The notes beneath the pieces were generated by a model. The model did no database searches. It was not told where the DNA came from and saw nothing but the letters and a program-made list of their open reading frames with translations. This document shows, in pieces, positions 58,455 through 64,000 of a stretch of 64,000 nt of DNA. Position 1 is the stretch's first letter, and each line of letters opens with the position of its first letter. The translations under genes were made by a program, and so were the position numbers. The stretch spans positions 124,001 to 188,000 of the forward strand of contig JAPMXV010000018.1 of the NCBI GenBank assembly GCA_026936335.1, read 5' to 3'. The stretch comes from Mantamonas sphyraenae STR306 (Eukaryota; Protista; CRuMs).

Positions 58455-59336
58455 ATGCCGGGCAAGAAAGGAAAGGGCAAGGCAAAGAAGAAGGGCACGA
58501 GCTCGTCATCGAGCAGCGGAGGCAATGCACCCATCGAAAAGATGGCAGAAGAGGAGATCACGGCAGAGTGGGTGGCAGGCCAGCTGAAGGAAATGAGCGG
58601 ATGCGACGACGTGGGTGATTTCACCTGGGGCACCCAGTCGGAGATGTGGAAGCACGAAATCCAGGACAAGAGCGAAGAGGCTGTGGACAACGAATGGTAC
58701 AGCAAGGCAGCAGAGTATTGGGACAAGTCAGGACGAGACTTGCACGCTGTGATGGGTGGTCTGGAAGACACCATCGGGGAGGACGACATTGCAGGGAGCA
58801 AACTGTTCCTGGAGCAGTTCCTGGGCAGCAAGGCCTTTGGCACGGGCAACACCTGTGCCCTGGACTGTGGTGCAGGCATTGGCAGGGTTACCGCCGAGTT
58901 GCTGGATGGGTACTTTGAGCAGGTGGACCTGGTGGAGCAGAATGCTCCCATGCTGGAAACGGCGGAAAAGGAGACGCTGGCGGACAGCAGTGTCAAGCAT
59001 CGATACTTTGCATACGGTTTGCAGGAGTTTGAACCCGAGGATGAGACGTACGATGTCATCTGGATCCAGTGGGTCATCTCCCACCTGAACGACGTGCACC
59101 TGGTTAAGTTTCTGCGCCGGTGCAGGCGTGCACTGAAGCCCAACGGCATCATTGTGTTGAAGGAGAACAACTGCCAGAATGGGTTCATTGTGGACCATGC
59201 GGACAGCAGTGTGACACGGTCCAACAGCTACTTCAAGCAGCTGTTCCAGGTTGCTGGCATGAACCTGGTCAAGTCCGAGATGCAGAAGGGCTTCCCCAAC
59301 ATCCTCTTTACGGTGCGCATGTATGCTCTGCAGTGA
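58455..59336 (+). CDS. NTMT1: Alpha-N-terminal protein methyltransferase (NTMT1/Tae1)
   Basis: WYSKAAEYW, ALDCGAGIGRVT, YDVIWIQWVISHLND, IVLKEN, DSSVTRS, VRMYAL. Confidence 0.95.
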   Translation: MPGKKGKGKAKKKGTSSSSSSGGNAPIEKMAEEEITAEWVAGQLKEMSGCDDVGDFTWGTQSEMWKHEIQDKSEEAVDNEWYSKAAEYWDKSGRDLHAVMGGLEDTIGEDDIAGSKLFLEQFLGSKAFGTGNTCALDCGAGIGRVTAELLDGYFEQVDLVEQNAPMLETAEKETLADSSVKHRYFAYGLQEFEPEDETYDVIWIQWVISHLNDVHLVKFLRRCRRALKPNGIIVLKENNCQNGFIVDHADSSVTRSNSYFKQLFQVAGMNLVKSEMQKGFPNILFTVRMYALQ

Positions 59337-59419
59337 CACAAGAGCGAGACAGAGACAGAGGGATTGGGAGGGGAGAGAGAGAGAGAGAGGATCCCCGCAA
59401 GCTGCACCAGAACAAAAAG

Positions 59420-60590
59420 ATGGCGTTCAATCAGCCGTATGAGAGCATGAACGACGAAGAGGCCGGGTGGGGAGCAAGGGGAGGAGGGGGCCGCAGTGGA
59501 CGCATGGGTGGGTCGTCGTCGTCGGCGGGGGGCACAAACGCAGCCAGCGAACAGATCATTCGCAACATCCAGCAGATCAACAGCAATGTGGCGACGCTGA
59601 ACAAGATGGCCAACCAACTGGGCACGAGCAAGGACACAGAGACGTTTCGCAAGCGGATGCGAAACACGCTGGCAAAGACACAGAAGCTGGTGACGTCGAC
59701 GACGGAGTTCCTGGAGCGAAGCAGGAGGAACGAGGACATTGACAAATCGCAGCTGTTCAAGCTGCACAAGACCCTGTCGGACAGTGTGGGTGCATGCAAG
59801 GAAGTGTCGCGTCTGTGTGCACGCAAGGAGAAGGAAATCTCGCTGGGGGCTTCGTCACAGGGTAAGAGTGGGTGGGAGGCAACACCTCACGGGATGGGAG
59901 GGCTTTTGGGTGGACACCAAGTCATGCGCCCATGGCAAGGAAGACCCGAGTGGAAGTGGACGTGTTTTGGGGGAATCGGGGGGGGGGCCTACATGCAATG
60001 AGGGACTGACACGAGTGACACACAGGTCGATCACAGGCGTATGCGTACGACGAAGGGGACGCAGGCGATTTGGGGGTGGGTGGCCAGCAGATGATGGAAA
60101 CGAGGCAGACACACAAGGCAAGCGGACACATCCAACACGAAATCAACATGATGCAAGATAAGCAAGAGGACGTGGTTGCCCTGGCCAGCGAAATCAGCGA
60201 GGTGCACCAGCTGTTCCAGGACGTGTCTGTGCTGTGTAGGTTTCACGTTTTTGGGAATTGCGACGCCGCGTGAACGAGGGACGGGGGGGAGGGGTTGACC
60301 CATCACCCAGCACAGCATGTGAGGGGAGTGAGACACTGACACTAACTGCATACACACACACACACACGCACACAGTGGCTGAACAGGGAGAGCAACTGGA
60401 CGTGGCGGAAGACTACTCACTGCAAGCTGAGTCAAGCGTATCGAAAGGCGTGATGGATCTGGGCAAGGCCAACAAGCTGCAAAAGAGCAAAAGGAAGAAG
60501 ATGTGTATTTTGTTGCTCATCCTCATTCTGATCCTGGGTTCGTTTGGAGGGCTGATGGGAGCACTCATCCCTGCGGCCAAGGGAGCGTGA
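59420..60590 (+). CDS. Endosomal Qa-SNARE (syntaxin-7/12/Pep12-like); exons 59420-59861, 60026-60235, 60376-60590
   Basis: Habc region (LGTSKDTETFR), SNARE motif ISEVHQLFQD....AEQGEQLD, C-terminal TM anchor. Confidence 0.88.
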
Positions 60591-60635
60591 TGAAACTTGC
60601 AACTTGGGGGGGGGGGGGGATGGGTGGGTTGGGCC

Positions 60636-61559
60636 TCACCTCACCTCAGCGACGCCAGGCAAGATGCCATGGGCCACCACATACTGTAGCATGCCCTGGT
60701 GATGGAACCAGAGCAGGGTGGACGCTGTGATTTGGAGTTTGAGGCCAGCCAACCAGCCTACAGCAGGGCGAAGAGCCTGCAGATGGTGCTGCACAAAGGA
60801 ATGAAACCCCGGAATGACACGATGGGTGATGTCATCCACAGACACGTCGACAAAGCCAGCCTTGTGCATGGTGGTGGCATACTGTTCACGTGTGCAGAGG
60901 TTGCTCGTTGGGATGCCTGCAGCCAGGCAGAACAGACGCAGGAGAAGGGATGGGAGCCATTGCGGGGTGGAATGGACACAGACATCCGCCAGGGCAATGT
61001 GGCCGCCTGGGCGAAGGTGGTGTGTGGCTTGGTGGAGGAAGGAGGCTCGCGTGCGGAAATGGTAGGCGCTGTCGACGCAAAGGAGGTGTGTGAAGCGTGG
61101 TGGATGGTGCACACTGCTGTCCAATGCACACGCATCGATGGCGTGTGTCACCACGTTGGGATGGGTGGAGTTGAGAACGGCGACGCGTCTGGGATCAAGC
61201 TCCACCGCTTCCAGGTGCCTCACGTCGTATGCAGGGTCATCCAACCACAGGGATATCTGTTGGCCATAGCCCACAGCCACATCGAGCACATGGGCATCCT
61301 CTTGCGTGTGCAACTGTGCTCGTCGTGCCACCAGCGTGCACAGCGCCTCGCAAGCCTTTGCAAACGACGCCTGGTGCTCGTCCCACACTCCCAAATTGAA
61401 CCAATGTGTGGATGGCACGTGTATATTGGCTACCATGGCAGCCGTGTCACCCGGGTGGCGCAGGTAAGCCAGCATGCACAGGGCACCGCAGCAAAAGGCC
61501 AGCACCACAGATGACAGCCCAACAACGAGGTCCATTTGGGTGCGAGCGATGGCGTCCAT
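60636..61559 (-). CDS. Class I SAM-dependent methyltransferase with N-terminal membrane anchor
   Basis: WFNLGVW, VLDVAVGYGQQ, CVDSAYHF.TR..FL, LRPGGHIALAD. Confidence 0.85.
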   Translation of the reverse strand: MDAIARTQMDLVVGLSSVVLAFCCGALCMLAYLRHPGDTAAMVANIHVPSTHWFNLGVWDEHQASFAKACEALCTLVARRAQLHTQEDAHVLDVAVGYGQQISLWLDDPAYDVRHLEAVELDPRRVAVLNSTHPNVVTHAIDACALDSSVHHPPRFTHLLCVDSAYHFRTRASFLHQATHHLRPGGHIALADVCVHSTPQWLPSLLLRLFCLAAGIPTSNLCTREQYATTMHKAGFVDVSVDDITHRVIPGFHSFVQHHLQALRPAVGWLAGLKLQITASTLLWFHHQGMLQYVVAHGILPGVAEVR

Positions 61560-61621
61560 TCGTCATGTGCTGACCCCTTCCCACCCCCATCCCCCCCCCG
61601 GCTCTTCCCCAGTCTCATTCG

Positions 61622-64000
61622 TTACACGGTTTTGTGCGGGGCTGACTTGTGTGGGTGTTCTTGAGACTGTCGTGGGTATGGGTGCCGTTCGCCACCTGCG
61701 GATGGACCCGCTGTCTGGTCTTCGGATGGCCTGCGTGCCATGCCACGTCGCACCTTGGCCATCCGCCTTCGCACAGTGTTGCCACGGTACACAGCTTGAA
61801 TCTTGGCAGCTGCATGGTGTTGTTCCTCCTGTGTGGATTCCTTCTGTTCCTCTTGCTGTTCCTCTTGCTGTTCCTGTTCCTGTGTCTGTTCCTCGTCTTC
61901 TGCATCTGTGTCTGACACGTGTGCAGCTTCGTCGGGCACAGTGGTGTGGGCATGTGACACACCCAGGGCGACAAAGGTGAGGAAGAACGTGGAAAGCATG
62001 CCGAGGCCCTGCGATTGCAGCATGGTTGCATCCGGCTGCTCGGCTAGGATGTGGCCAATGGCACCGAGGATCATACCCATGCGCATAAACAGTGCCAAAG
62101 CAAGGATGTTGAGGGGCACAATGACCAGCAATGACCACAGAAAGCTGGGAAGGATCTTGCGGGAGAGCACCACGGCTGCAATCGCCCACGGACTCATGGC
62201 CACTTCCAACACCCAATCAGCTTGCTGTGTGGCTTCTACAACCTTGTCCATGGCCCGTTGCATGACGGCAGCCATCCATTCCACCAGAAGCAGGTTGAAC
62301 CGGCTGTTTGAGTCATCCCATCCCCTTGTCTGCGCATCTGCATCTGCATGACGTGAGGGTGTCTTGTCCTCATCGTCATCATCACCCCTCTCATTCTCTT
62401 CATCATCTCCATCGAGGCGATCTGCGTCGCCATTGTTTCTGTCATTGTTGTTGTTGTTGTTGTCGTCGTCGTCTTCGTCCACATTCCACCCCGGGAAGTG
62501 TGTTCCGGGCGAGGCCGAGATGCCATGGTCCTGGATAACCAGGGTGGGCAACCTATCCCCATTGTGCGCATCCCCACCCTCATGTGTGCCTGATGTCCCA
62601 GACACGAGCATGAGCCTGCCAAACGGAGTGAGGGTGCCTGCAACCTTGCGATCGACCAGCTCGTCCTCCAGGAAGCGAAGCAGTCCGTGGCGCAGGGATC
62701 GCACCCCCTGTTCGGGACGGTAGTAACGACGCACTATGGTGTCGAGGACCTCGTCCTGCCAGACAAGCTTGATGTGCCAGCGGTCGTAGAGGCGACGTGC
62801 AACAGAGTCGAGTTCGATCTGTACGAGTTGGGCCTGTTGGGCGCGTGTGAAGGGCAGGAATGGGACGATGTGTTGGATGCGACCCACGAATTCGGTGCGA
62901 TGGAAGGCAGGCACGCGTTTGATCAAACGACGCACACGCGCCTGCACAGCATGGAACCATGCCACAGTGCCAGCCTTGACACTGTCCATGTCCAAAGCAC
63001 GCAACTCCTCCTCGCCCGCATTGGTGGTCATAATAAACACGGCCGGGGAGCAATCCACGGCGCCGCGCTTCTGATCGACAATGCGACCCTCGTCAAACAC
63101 AGGCAGCAGCAACTCGGGCACAGCCTCTGGATGGCCCTTTTCCATCTCATCCAGAAGGACCACTGTGTGTGGGTTGTCCCTTAGGGGCATGGTCAGCTGA
63201 CCATCCTTGCCAGCCTCACCAAAGCCCATGGGGGCACCAATCAAGTTGGCAATGTCTTCCCTCTGCTGGAAATTGGCCATGTCAAATCGTAGCAATGCCC
63301 ATGGCTTCTCCCTTTCCTTCTTTGTTTGCTGTTCCTTCTGCTGTTGCTCTTCCAGCAGTGCTCGCAGTCGCTTGGCAACCTCGGTTTTCCCTGTGCCCGA
63401 CGGTCCCACAAACAGGAACACCTGGGGCCGTGTCGAGTCGTGCAACCCTCGTTCACGCTGCTTTACACTGCGTGCAATGAGCTTCAGTGCATGCTGTTGC
63501 CCCACAAAGCCCCGTTGCAGTTTGGCAAGCACCGAGGTTCCTGCTGCGGTTCCCGCTACTCCTCCGCCCGCACGTGCCTCTCGCCTGCGCGTGTGCATGT
63601 CCCACAGGTGTTCCACAAGCACCTCTTTGGTGGGTGTGCACTTGCGTCCGTCTCCATGGTATCCTGGCAGACAGGTGCATCTGTACGAGGCCGGCACCTT
63701 GGCACACGTGGCGTAGGCGTGGCAGCGATGCGTTCCCGTGGCACACTCGTCCACGTCTTCCTCACACACCTCCACTCCGTCCCCTTTGTATCCATCGTTG
63801 CACACACACACATCTCCGTGTTCAACGTGTGCGTGGGTGTGGCACTGGACACGGTGCACTGCGGAAGTGTGGGGGGAAATGGCACTCACGTCAGCACACA
63901 CGCACACACGGCATCTCTACGTCTCACTGGCCATGTGAATGTGTGTCCATGTGTGCGTGGATGGCCACCTACCTTTGTGGTCCACATACAAGTGACCACA
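61622..64000 (-). CDS. EGF-domain + ClpB-D2/torsin-like AAA+ ATPase + TM + IQ-motif protein; exons >64000-63973, 63858-61622 (5' end outside the window)
   Basis: CVCNDGYKGDG, DVDECATGTHRC...CTCLPGYHGDG (cbEGF); VGQ..A, FLFVGPSGTGKTE, RFDM, VVLLDEMEK, FIMTTN, GRI..IVPF; IQAVYRGNTVRR. Confidence 0.85.

Overview
Gene-dense, GC-rich eukaryotic nuclear DNA, most likely from a flagellated, gene-rich protist (inferred from enkurin, CENP-K, augmin, RIF1, BIRC6, IP3R, PTEN and NCA1; the taxon cannot be identified from sequence alone). About 22 protein genes fill almost the whole window, with intergenic gaps from -4 to ~260 bp and ~25 short introns. All family assignments come from remembered motifs, not database searches. 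No RNA genes, transposons or CRISPR arrays were seen. Main observations: (1) two minor-spliceosome (U12) AT-AC introns, in RIF1 and a SIRT2-like sirtuin, among ~25 introns, one with an unusually distant branch point; (2) four -1 reading-frame breaks confined to the adjacent PTEN and IP3-receptor genes, two at the identical octamer ATTGAAAC (recoding/editing versus assembly error); (3) same-strand genes that overlap (ATGA) or nearly touch (5 nt; 18 nt after splicing), suggesting polycistronic or coupled expression; (4) unusual architectures: EF-hand + PHTF/7TM-ion-channel-like, EGF + ClpB-type AAA+ + TM + IQ, an IP3R with a non-canonical pore filter, NCA1 with a heme-regulatory motif, and BIRC6 with ZZ/SPRY/KOW insertions.
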